DNA from: Vicinamibacterales bacterium | Lineage (GTDB): Bacteria; Acidobacteriota; Vicinamibacteria; Vicinamibacterales; UBA8438 | DNA: 64,000 nt | NCBI GenBank assembly: GCA_965243615.1 | Contig: CBDEVO010000003.1 | Coordinates: 3,347,141 to 3,411,140, forward strand | Direction: 5' to 3' | In this document: positions 55,373 to 63,638 of the stretch, in pieces | Position numbering within the stretch: position 1 is the stretch's first letter | Layout of the letters: each line of letters opens with the position of its first letter | Program-made: the position numbers and the translations under genes | The notes under the pieces: model-generated | The model's database searches: none | Seen by the model: only the letters and a program-made list of their open reading frames with translations | What the model was told of the DNA's origin: nothing

Positions 55373-55563
55373 CGGTCTCTCCAGTCCCAGCCGGCCTGCC
55401 GGTAGATGTTGCGGAGCGTCGTCACGTAGAGGTCCTTCCTCGGATGCGGTACGGTCACGCGGCCCGGCTTCGTGGGGTGCGTGAAGTTCCGATGGCTGCC
55501 GCGACCGCCGGCGTTCCGCCATCCATCACGCTCCAGGCGCTTGATGATCGTCGCACTGTTCAT
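55369..55563 (-). CDS. hicA: HicA family toxin
   Basis: 64 aa, LERDGW...RGSHRNFTHPTKPGRVTVPHP. Confidence 0.93.
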   Translation of the reverse strand: MNSATIIKRLERDGWRNAGGRGSHRNFTHPTKPGRVTVPHPRKDLYVTTLRNIYRQAGWDWRDR

Positions 55564-55596
55564 ATGTATGTAGTATACATATGCATCTGATATGCA
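55561..55596 (-). promoter_or_regulatory. hicAB promoter/operator: -10 TATACT inside a perfect 23-bp palindrome, plus a second palindrome
   Basis: CATATGTAT-gtagt-ATACATATG 55561-55583; TGCAT-ctgat-ATGCA 55582-55596; TATACT 8 nt before ATG 55563. Confidence 0.8.
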
Positions 55597-55691
55597 CAGC
55601 CGTTTGTGCTCGCTTGGCTGCCCAGCGGATGTCCGCGGAATCCGGGGGTTGCAGAGACCCGGCCAGGTCCGGCAGGCTGTGGAAGCGCGCG

Positions 55692-55860
55692 ATGGATGAC
55701 GGACGGCTGGCGACCGGAGCTGCGACCCAGGTCGGCTGCTGCATCGTGGGGGGCGGGCCCGCCGGGCGCCGTCCTCGCCCTGCTCCTCGCCCGCCGCGGT
55801 GTGCCCGTGGCGCTGCTCGAGGCCCGGGACGACTTCGATCGGGCGTTCCGGGGGGACACC
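55692..55860 (+). pseudogene. 5' stub of an FAD-dependent oxidoreductase, copy 1
   Basis: VGCCIVGGGPAG, shift, AVLALLLARRGVPVALLEARDDFDRAFRGDT (GxGxxG Rossmann motif). Confidence 0.75.
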
Positions 55861-55951
55861 GCGACCTGCCCGCGTGGCTCGTCGGCTGGGGTGTCCGGCC
55901 CGAGCGTGTCCGCGGGGAGGCGCGCGGACGGACCCGGATGGAGTAGACGCA

Positions 55952-56422
55952 ATGGCTGGTCGGATACCCGGGAAGTCGACGAAGAACGCGGGGAAGGCCG
56001 TCGCCGGCCGGGCGAAGGGGAAGCCGGTCCTCCTCTCGGGCGGCAACCCCCAGATCGCGAAGTCCGACGGCGACGCCCCCGTGCAGGCGTACATCGCGGC
56101 CATGCCGGGCTGGAAGAGCGACGTGGGGCGCCGCCTCGACGCGCTCATCGTGCGCACCGTGCCGGACGTGCGCAAGTGCGTGCGGTGGAACTCGCCCTTC
56201 TACGGGGTCGAGGGCCGGGGCTGGTTCCTCAACGTCCACGTCTTCACCCGCTACGTGAAGGTGACCTTCTTCCAGGGTGCGTCGCTGCGGCCCGCCCCGC
56301 CCGGCTCGGGCAAGGACAGGGACGCGCGCTGGGTCGACGTCCACGAGGGCGAGTTCGACGAGGCGCAGATGGCGGCGTGGGTCCGGCAGGCGGCCGCCCT
56401 GCCCGGCTGGGACCTGACGTGA
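55952..56422 (+). CDS. DUF1801 (YdhG-like) protein
   Basis: LLSGGNPQIAK, VRWNSPFYG, YVKVTFFQGASLRP. Confidence 0.85.
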   Translation: MAGRIPGKSTKNAGKAVAGRAKGKPVLLSGGNPQIAKSDGDAPVQAYIAAMPGWKSDVGRRLDALIVRTVPDVRKCVRWNSPFYGVEGRGWFLNVHVFTRYVKVTFFQGASLRPAPPGSGKDRDARWVDVHEGEFDEAQMAAWVRQAAALPGWDLT

Positions 56423-56490
56423 TGTCTTGCGCCAAGGGGTTCCCGACGTGCTGACCGGACGGCTTGCCTGGCGGAACGGAAGTGGGAGTC

Positions 56491-56895
56491 ATGGCCGTCG
56501 ACCGTCTGACCGACTACGACTTGATGATCGTCCTGGCGATCCTCGTGGCCGGCGAGCGAGCCGGCGCCGCCGCGATTGCCCGCGAGCTCCGGTGGAGGGA
56601 CTGCCGCAGCGTCGTGCTCGGCGAGATCCACGCCGCGCTCGACCGGCTGGAGGGCAACGGACTCGTGGTGTCCTGCGGGGGCGGTCCGGGCTCGCCGCGG
56701 AGGCGTGGCGCCAGGCGGGTCTTCGAGGTGACACCTGCCGGATTGCGGGCGGTCGAGAGCACCCAACGCGCCCTCGTCGCGCGGTGGAAGGAGTTGCCGG
56801 AGCTCGAAGACGAGCCGCTCCTGAGCGACCTCGTGGGGGAGTACAGTGCCCGCCGTTGGCAGACGTGGCTCTGGTACCTGGCGCAGCACGCCTAG
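56491..56895 (+). CDS. PadR-like transcriptional regulator, divergent acidobacterial type
   Basis: LMIVLAIL, GEIHAALDRLEGNGLVVS, RRVFEVTPAGLRAV. Confidence 0.7.
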   Translation: MAVDRLTDYDLMIVLAILVAGERAGAAAIARELRWRDCRSVVLGEIHAALDRLEGNGLVVSCGGGPGSPRRRGARRVFEVTPAGLRAVESTQRALVARWKELPELEDEPLLSDLVGEYSARRWQTWLWYLAQHA

Positions 56896-56955
56896 CCCCA
56901 GCGGACTGCCCCGGAGCCGATTCGTCGCCCCCCCGCTGACTCTCGTCGGCAACTC

Positions 56956-57030
56956 ATGACCGACAGACCCGTTGCTGCATCGTAGGCGGCGGCCCCGCCG
57001 GTGCCGTCCTCTCCCTCGCCTTGCGGGGGC
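56956..57030 (+). pseudogene. 5' stub of an FAD-dependent oxidoreductase, copy 2
   Basis: ATG ACC GAC, then shifted RCCIVGGGPAGAVLSL. Confidence 0.6.
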
Positions 57031-57055
57031 GACCGATGAGCGTTAAGGTAGGCCC

Positions 57056-58225
57056 GTGATGGCCACGCCGCTTCGACTCGGGCGTGCGGCGGTCGGCGTT
57101 CTCCTGCTGACGGTCGTCGTCGGGCCGGGCCTCTCGTTGCGCGAAGCCGTGTCGCCGCGCGCGGCGGCGGCATCGTCTCACGCGGCGGTCGCGACGTTGC
57201 GGATTCCGGAGGGCGGCCGCATGCCGCGGGCGGTCGTCGACGGAGAGGGAACCCTGCACGTCGTGTACGCCGCCGGAGACACGAGCGGCGGCGACCTCTT
57301 CCACGTGACGCGCGAGCCCGGCGTGGCCGGCTGGTCGGAGCCGCGACAGGTCAACAGCCGGGCGCGCTCGGTGACGGCCGTGGGCCCGATAGACGGCGCG
57401 CAGCTCGCGCTCGGGCCCGACGGGCGGCTCCACGTCGTCTGGCTGCAGGCCGACCCCCCGGCGTTCTTCTACACGCGGAGCCGCGCGGACGGCCCCGGCT
57501 TCGAGCCCCAGCGCGAGCTGCCGGCCGGCCAGACGGGCGCCCTCGAGGCAGGCCCGGCCGTCGCCGCCGACGGCGGCAGCGTCTACGTCTTCTGGCACGC
57601 CGGCGCGTTCGATGACGCGCGGCGCAGCGTCTTCCTGACGCTGTCGCGCGACGGCGGGACGACCTTCGAGCCGGCCAGCCGCGTCAGCGCGGAGGCGGAG
57701 GGCGCGTGCGCCTGCTGCGGCCTGAGCGCGCTGGTCGCGGCGGGCGGCGCCGTTCATGCGTCGTACCGCGGGGCCGGCGACAACGTGCGCCGGGGGCAGC
57801 GGCTGCTGACGTCGGCCGACCACGGTCGCACCTTCTCCGACCGGCTGGTCCAGCCGTGGGAGCTGGGGGCCTGCCCGGTGTCGACCACGAGCCTGGTCGC
57901 CGGCCCCGACGGCCTGACCGTGGCGTGGGAGACGCAGGGGCAGGTGTACTTCGCCGGCGCCGGCCGGCTCGACGACGCGCGCTCGCCGCCGGGGGAGGCC
58001 CGCTTCCGCCGCAAGAACCCCTCGGTCGCGGTGGATGCCCGCGGAGATACGCTGCTTGCCTGGGGCGACGGCCCCGGCTTCAGCTTCGGCGGCTCGCTGC
58101 ACTGGCAGGTCTTCGACCCCGCCGGCCGCCCGGTGGGGGAGCCGGGCGGCGGGGCCGGTACGGTCATCGAGGGAAGCACCGTCGCCGCCGTCGTCCACGA
58201 TGGCCGGTTCCTCGTCGTTTTCTAG
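57056..58225 (+). CDS. Secreted BNR/sialidase-like beta-propeller protein with CACC motif
   Basis: SRDGGTTF and SADHGRTFS Asp-box repeats, ACACCGL, WELGACP. Confidence 0.7.
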   Translation: MMATPLRLGRAAVGVLLLTVVVGPGLSLREAVSPRAAAASSHAAVATLRIPEGGRMPRAVVDGEGTLHVVYAAGDTSGGDLFHVTREPGVAGWSEPRQVNSRARSVTAVGPIDGAQLALGPDGRLHVVWLQADPPAFFYTRSRADGPGFEPQRELPAGQTGALEAGPAVAADGGSVYVFWHAGAFDDARRSVFLTLSRDGGTTFEPASRVSAEAEGACACCGLSALVAAGGAVHASYRGAGDNVRRGQRLLTSADHGRTFSDRLVQPWELGACPVSTTSLVAGPDGLTVAWETQGQVYFAGAGRLDDARSPPGEARFRRKNPSVAVDARGDTLLAWGDGPGFSFGGSLHWQVFDPAGRPVGEPGGGAGTVIEGSTVAAVVHDGRFLVVF

Positions 58226-58319
58226 GAGTCGTCGTGGAACGGGTGCAGAACGGTGCAGCCTCCTGGCAGAGTTGGTTGGGGCGCCCAGCGGAGCCGCAGG
58301 CGACGATGAGCGGGCTGGT
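58225..58319 (+). repeat. Dispersed structured intergenic repeat, copy B
   Basis: ggagtc..agaacggtgcagcctcctggcagagttggttggggcgcccagcggagccgcaggcgacg..gggctggt. Confidence 0.75.
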
Positions 58320-58477
58320 GGGTGGTCCGCATGACGAAGCTCGAGAAGCGCGGCATCGCCCGCGAATCTGAAGGAGACGTGGCAACCGGGATGCCTGCTA
58401 CCATCTATGCGGGATGCGCCGGCGGGTCGGCGGCGGGCGTTCGGGGGCCGTTGGCGCCAGGCTCGAGAGAGTTCATC

Positions 58478-59431
58478 ATGCGCATGATTCGACCCGGTTG
58501 GGGGACCGTTCGCCGGGCAATGGCCGCGATGCTCTGCGCGGGCGCGCTCGCGGGGGCGTTCGCCCTCACCGCGCGCGCCCAGCCGTCGCGCACGGTGGCC
58601 GACGGGGTCTACACCGCCGGGCAGGCGGCGCGGGGCGCCCAAGTCTACCAGGCGCTGTGCGTGACCTGCCATGGCGAGGCGCTCGAGGGCAGCGTCGGCC
58701 CGCCGCTGGCCGGAGACGGATTCCTGTCGATCTGGAGCGCGCTGCCGCTGGTGGAGCTCGTCGACAAGATCCACAACACCATGCCCCTGCAGGCGACGGC
58801 GCCGCTCTCGCGGCAGGAGTCGATCGACCTCACCGCCTACATCCTCGAGGCCGGCGCGTTCCCGGCCGCAGAGGCGGAGCTGGCCGACGCCGCGCTGGCC
58901 GACATCGCGCTCCCCACGGTGGCCACCGCTTCCGCGTCCGCCGCCGGCGGGGACCTCTCCGTCGCGCCCATCGCCAACCTCGCCCAGCTGATGCGGGCCA
59001 TCGCCTTCCCCGCCTCGAACATCGTCTTCAACACTCAGATCAAGGACCCCGGGGCCGAGGTGCCGGAGCCGACGGGGACCCGGCCCTTCGACTTCGTCGA
59101 ATGGGGAGAGACGGTCTATCCGGGCTGGGAGTCCATCGACCTCGCGGCGCTGGCCATCGCCGAGTCCGCACCCCTCTTCCTGGTGCCCGGCCGCCGGTGC
59201 GAGAACGGCCGGCCGGTGCCCGTCGACCGGGCCGACTGGCGGGAGTACACGGCGGCGGTCGTCGAGGCGGGACGGGCCGCCTACCGGGCTTCGCAGTCGC
59301 GGGACTGGGACGCGGTCATCGCGGTCACCGACCAGCTCAACGAGGCCTGCGCGAACTGCCACTTGGTCTATCGCGACGTGGGCGCCGAGGGGCGCGGGGT
59401 GGGGGCGGACCGCTGCCGGCAGGAGCCCTGA
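58478..59431 (+). CDS. Two-heme cytochrome c: class I domain plus cytochrome c'-like C-terminal domain
   Basis: CVTCH near the N-terminus with IHNTMP distal Met; CANCH near the C-terminus after a helical region. Confidence 0.82.
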   Translation: MRMIRPGWGTVRRAMAAMLCAGALAGAFALTARAQPSRTVADGVYTAGQAARGAQVYQALCVTCHGEALEGSVGPPLAGDGFLSIWSALPLVELVDKIHNTMPLQATAPLSRQESIDLTAYILEAGAFPAAEAELADAALADIALPTVATASASAAGGDLSVAPIANLAQLMRAIAFPASNIVFNTQIKDPGAEVPEPTGTRPFDFVEWGETVYPGWESIDLAALAIAESAPLFLVPGRRCENGRPVPVDRADWREYTAAVVEAGRAAYRASQSRDWDAVIAVTDQLNEACANCHLVYRDVGAEGRGVGADRCRQEP

Positions 59432-59558
59432 CGGTGGATCCCCAGGCCGCTGACCAAGCTCGCCTGGCCGCTTGCCATGCGCGGAAACCGGGGAGGGCGG
59501 GCCGCGGTCGGCAGCTTTCGACTTCGATCACTGTCGCCTATTGGGGGGAGGAACGACA

Positions 59559-60221
59559 ATGCGCCTGTTGACAGTCGTCGTGGCGGCGTGGGCCGTGCTC
59601 GCAGCCGCGCCGGGGGCGGCGCAGGACTGGACCGAGTTCGCGAGCCTGGAGGACCGGTTCACCTGCAACTTCCCCGGCGAGCCGGTGGTCACCGACACCA
59701 CGTGGGTCTCCGAAATGGGGGCCGAGGTGCCCGCGCGCGTCTACTCCGCCGAGAGGGGCCCGAGCCGTTTCTCGGTGACGGTGGCCGACTACAGCCACGT
59801 CGCGCGCATCCTCACCGAGCGGGCCGGCAACTGCCCGCCGGGGGCGGAGCGCTGCAGCGGCGGCGGGTCGACCGGCGAGGGGTACTGGCGCCACGACGTG
59901 CGGGGCGCGATGCTCTACGCGACCTGGACGTTCATGCAGCGTGACGCCGAGGTGACGCACCTGGGCTACAACTCGCTCGACCGCGTCGAGGGCCACCAGA
60001 TGCACCTGACCAACCCCGACCGGTCGCGCACGTTCGTGTCGATCTACATGCACGAGGACAAGCTCTACGTTGCCGAGGGCACGGTCCCGCGGGGCTACCC
60101 CGAGCCGGCGCTCTTCCAGCAGTCGCTGGGCTGGCTCGACGAGGACGGGAACGGGCTGCGCTACGAGTCGGCCTACTCGAACGGGTTCCCGGCGCCGCCC
60201 CGCGTGCCCGCGGTGTTCTAG
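59559..60221 (+). CDS. Secreted hypothetical protein
   Basis: GGGAGG RBS and signal peptide, FTCNFPGEP, FQQSLGWLD. Confidence 0.75.
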   Translation: MRLLTVVVAAWAVLAAAPGAAQDWTEFASLEDRFTCNFPGEPVVTDTTWVSEMGAEVPARVYSAERGPSRFSVTVADYSHVARILTERAGNCPPGAERCSGGGSTGEGYWRHDVRGAMLYATWTFMQRDAEVTHLGYNSLDRVEGHQMHLTNPDRSRTFVSIYMHEDKLYVAEGTVPRGYPEPALFQQSLGWLDEDGNGLRYESAYSNGFPAPPRVPAVF

Positions 60222-60326
60222 CGCCCTGGCCGTGTTCCGGCGCGTGCCGGCCGTGTGTTTCGAGACGGGCAAACAGCCTCGCGCCGTCGTGATTCCCGAC
60301 GGTCGAGGCCGGTGAGGAGGGTGATC

Positions 60327-60722
60327 ATGCGTTTCAAGCTCGGCCTTGCGGCCATCCTGGCGTTCGCCGTCGCGTTGCCGGTCGGGGGGCACCATTCCCA
60401 CGGCAACTACTCTGAGGAGTTCACGGACATAGAGGGGGTGGTCACCGAGCTCCATCTGCTCGTCCCGCATTCCTGGCTCTACCTCGAGGTCGAGGGCCCC
60501 GAAGGCGAGCCGCAGATCTGGGCGCTGGAGGCCAGCGACCGCAACCACCTGGCGGAGAGCGGCATCACCCGCGGCTATCTCACGCCCGGCGACGCGGTCA
60601 AGGCGCGCTGCCACCCCGTGAGGGACGGCTCGCCGGGCTGCCTGCTCGGGTTCCTGAAGGCCCCGGACGGCGACGTGAAGGACTGGGACGGCAACAACGC
60701 GCCGGCACCGGCCGACTTCTAG
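60327..60722 (+). CDS. DUF6152 family protein
   Basis: Signal peptide followed by HHS, GVVTE...PHSWL, WALE; AGGAGG RBS. Confidence 0.8.
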   Translation: MRFKLGLAAILAFAVALPVGGHHSHGNYSEEFTDIEGVVTELHLLVPHSWLYLEVEGPEGEPQIWALEASDRNHLAESGITRGYLTPGDAVKARCHPVRDGSPGCLLGFLKAPDGDVKDWDGNNAPAPADF

Positions 60723-60731
60723 CTCCTGCCG

Positions 60732-60794
60732 CCGGGTCGCGTGCGGACTCGACCGGCGGTGGTACCGCCGCGCAGGGTCGAGTCTCGCGCCCCG
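60732..60794. terminator. Nested GC-rich hairpin between convergent genes
   Basis: ccgggtcgcg/cgcgcccgg, gactcgacc/ggtcgagtc and ggcggt/accgcc arms. Confidence 0.5.
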
Positions 60795-60883
60795 GACCAG
60801 CCCGCCCAGCGTCACCTTGCGGCTCCGCTGGGCGCCCAACCAACCCTGCCGGGAGTCGGCACCGTTCTACGGCGCAGACTCCC
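60795..60883 (-). repeat. Dispersed structured intergenic repeat, copy C (inverted)
   Basis: Reverse complement reads ggagtctgcgccgtagaacggtgccgactcccggcagggttggttgggcgcccagcggagccgcaaggtgacgctgggcgggctggt. Confidence 0.75.
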
Positions 60884-60929
60884 AGCGACGTTGCCGGTCG
60901 GATGGACGGGGTTGCTCCCCCCGGCGTCG

Positions 60930-63365
60930 TCACGGCGAGGCGAGGCCGAGGTCGCGGCGGACGGTCGAGAAGTCGAAGGGCTTTCCGGGGCTGCGGTGCT
61001 CCTTGTGCTCCATGTCCTTGAGCAGCAGATCGACCGCTCGGCGTCCCGCCGCGGTGCGCGCGCACTCCCGCGGCGTCCTGCCGTTCAGCGCCGGCAGCGG
61101 CCGGTCCGGCCAGTCGGCATAGTGGCGCGCCTTGAAATCGGCGACCACGCTTTCCTCTTCCGGTGAAGCCGGCGCCCGCGGCGATCTCTCGACCCTGTCC
61201 CGGAGTGCGAGCGGATCGGAATGCTCGCGTGCGCGGTGGCGGACGCGGGAGCCGCACGCCGCCTCGATGCATACCCTCAGCGTGTCCGCGCGGGCCTGCG
61301 AGTTGGTTTCCACCCGCAGCGCGGAAGCGTTCAGCTCCACACGGCCGACGATGGTCGATTCGCTGTCCGGCCGCGCCGGGTCGTCGGGACGCACGAACAC
61401 CCAGGTCGAAGAATCCCCTTCCGCGCTTTCCTTCGCGGCGCCTTCCATGCCGGCGATGCAGGTATCGACGGCCCGCATGGCGCTTGGCGTCACCTCGAAG
61501 TGGTCCACCGTGAGCAGCAAGGGGTCGCCGTCGTGGTTGCGCAGGTCGGGTGGGACTGCGCTTCGCGCGTCGCAGTCTTCGACGGCCTCCTCCCAGCGGC
61601 GAATCAGGTAGCACCCGAAGGAAGCGTCCCGGAGACGCTCGACCGGCACGGCGCGCCGGCGCCGCAGGCGGCCGCGGGCGCGCCGGACGACCTCGGCCGC
61701 ATGGTATGGCGGCAGCGGGCGCGGGTGCGTTCCGCAGAGCAGGGAGACGCCCTCGTGGTCGGCGACGCGGGCCAGCAGCGCGTCGCGCCGCACCAGGATC
61801 TCCGACGCCCGCTTCTCCCGCACCGTGCGCCGCTCGTCGGACAGGAGGTCGCGTAGCGTCAGCGTCTTCCCCGGATCGACCGCCTCGACCTCCCAGACCG
61901 AGAGCCACGCGGCCCGTTGCGCGTCCAGCCAGCGGCGTTCCTCGGGCGAGCAGCGGCGCCCGTGGGCGGCCCGGTAGGCGTCGGCAACGGTCCGTCCGTC
62001 CACCTCGAAGCCGTAGACGGACCAGGGCCACGCGAGCGGCGCGGCGGCGGGCGCGTCGGTGAAGTCGTCCTGGAAGGCCTGCCACCTCTCCCCGAACCTG
62101 TCGAGCGCGAACCGGGTGAGGCGAAGGACCAGCCGCTCGTCCAGCCCGTGCGTCGCGCTCGCGCTACAGGCTTGGGCGTGCTCGGCCTCGTCGGCGGCGA
62201 GATGGCACTTCTTGTACTTGCGGCCGCTGCCGCACGGACAGGGGTCGTTGCGGCCCGCCCGGGGCCGGAACGGCTCTGCCGGCGCGGGCGGGGCGGACGG
62301 GGCGAAGTCGTCGTCGGGTTCGGATTCCGGGGGCGCCGGGTCGAAGTTCGCCGCGGCCTCGAAGGGAGCGGTGAGCCGCACCTCGCGGTCGTCGTCGTCG
62401 AAGTACGACTCGCGGACGGGCACCGGGGCGTCCGACTCGAACACCGCCGAGTGCCTGTCGAACAACTCGCCGAAGGCCCGTGCGGCGGCGGTGGCGATCT
62501 CGACGTCGCGTTCGACGAGGGGACGCGCCGCGCCGTCCGGCTCCAGCCGTACCACGGACGGGTAGGCGTCGGGGCCCGCCACCGGCCACCGGTGCTCCAT
62601 CGCCTCGCGCCGCATCGACGGAGGCAGCTCCGTCGCGGGCTCGAAGAGCAGCGACAGCAGCCCGGTGCCGGGGCCCGCGCCTTCTTCGAGGGCGCCGGTA
62701 GCCGCGGCCTCGAGATACCGTTCGAAGCCCTCGGCCGAGGGGAAGATCAACAGCCCGTGGTGCTCGTCGAGGCCGCCGATGACGGAGACGCAGGCGCCGT
62801 CGACGTCCAGGGCGGGAATGTCCATCCGGATCGTCTGGATGTCGTCGACGACCTTCCACGGCTTCATCGCGAACAGGCGGGCGCAGGCCGTGAACAGCTT
62901 CTCGACCGCCTCGGGCGACACGTGGCCCGACGCGAAGTAGCTCGGCTCGTTGCCGGCGTCCGCCGTCAGCGACGCGACCATGTGCTCGAGAAGCTCTTGC
63001 AGCTCGGGCGTCGGCGCGACGTGGACGGGTATCGCCCGGGCGACCTCGGCCCGCACCTCGGCGGCAGTGGCGGTGTCGGCGACGCGGATGACGTCGGGCC
63101 GGCGCGGCGGGCCGAGCAACGGCCGTGTCAGGGCGCTGCGCAGCGCGAGCGCGACGGCCCCGGCCGCGTCGTCGGGCAGGACGACCGCCTGCCCGACGAT
63201 GAACCCGTCGGGCAGCTCGACCCAGAGCACGATGTGGGGACGGCAGGGCTCTTCGCGATGGTGGACGAAGAAGGGCGCCTCGAACCGGCCGCCGACCCAC
63301 TCGCGGAAGAGTTGCGGCTGGCCCGATCCGCGGCTCCGGTGCGCGGCGGCGCGTGGCGGCTTCAA
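60930..63365 (-). CDS. Multidomain SEC-C motif protein
   Basis: [18 protein letters not shown]; C-terminal [16 protein letters not shown] (Xre/MbcA/ParS-like tail). Start uncertain. Confidence 0.8.
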   Translation of the reverse strand: MKPPRAAAHRSRGSGQPQLFREWVGGRFEAPFFVHHREEPCRPHIVLWVELPDGFIVGQAVVLPDDAAGAVALALRSALTRPLLGPPRRPDVIRVADTATAAEVRAEVARAIPVHVAPTPELQELLEHMVASLTADAGNEPSYFASGHVSPEAVEKLFTACARLFAMKPWKVVDDIQTIRMDIPALDVDGACVSVIGGLDEHHGLLIFPSAEGFERYLEAAATGALEEGAGPGTGLLSLLFEPATELPPSMRREAMEHRWPVAGPDAYPSVVRLEPDGAARPLVERDVEIATAAARAFGELFDRHSAVFESDAPVPVRESYFDDDDREVRLTAPFEAAANFDPAPPESEPDDDFAPSAPPAPAEPFRPRAGRNDPCPCGSGRKYKKCHLAADEAEHAQACSASATHGLDERLVLRLTRFALDRFGERWQAFQDDFTDAPAAAPLAWPWSVYGFEVDGRTVADAYRAAHGRRCSPEERRWLDAQRAAWLSVWEVEAVDPGKTLTLRDLLSDERRTVREKRASEILVRRDALLARVADHEGVSLLCGTHPRPLPPYHAAEVVRRARGRLRRRRAVPVERLRDASFGCYLIRRWEEAVEDCDARSAVPPDLRNHDGDPLLLTVDHFEVTPSAMRAVDTCIAGMEGAAKESAEGDSSTWVFVRPDDPARPDSESTIVGRVELNASALRVETNSQARADTLRVCIEAACGSRVRHRAREHSDPLALRDRVERSPRAPASPEEESVVADFKARHYADWPDRPLPALNGRTPRECARTAAGRRAVDLLLKDMEHKEHRSPGKPFDFSTVRRDLGLASP

Positions 63366-63638
63366 GCGGGGAGCCTCGCGATCATGCCGGGATCATACCG
63401 CCGGGGATCCATGACGGGTTTCCAGATGCCGGCCACGACTCGTGTCGCTCGGTTCGGGAACCGCAACCGGTCCGCGGGGCGGGGCCATCGTCCGACTCCG
63501 GGAGGCGGAGGCGCACAACCGCGAGTTGGAGGGCAGCCCAACCGGCCCGCGGAGCGGGATCCTGGCGCGGCTCGCCGGCCGCGTCGGTCGGCGAGGCGGG
63601 CCCAGCCGTCTCGGCTTCGGTTCCCTGCCGGCCGCGCT

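Noticed and set aside
14240-57030. Integron cassette array suggested by the TA density
   Set aside because: Genes lie in both orientations, no integrase is present, and I found no recurring attC-like GTTRRRY/RYYYAAC boundaries.
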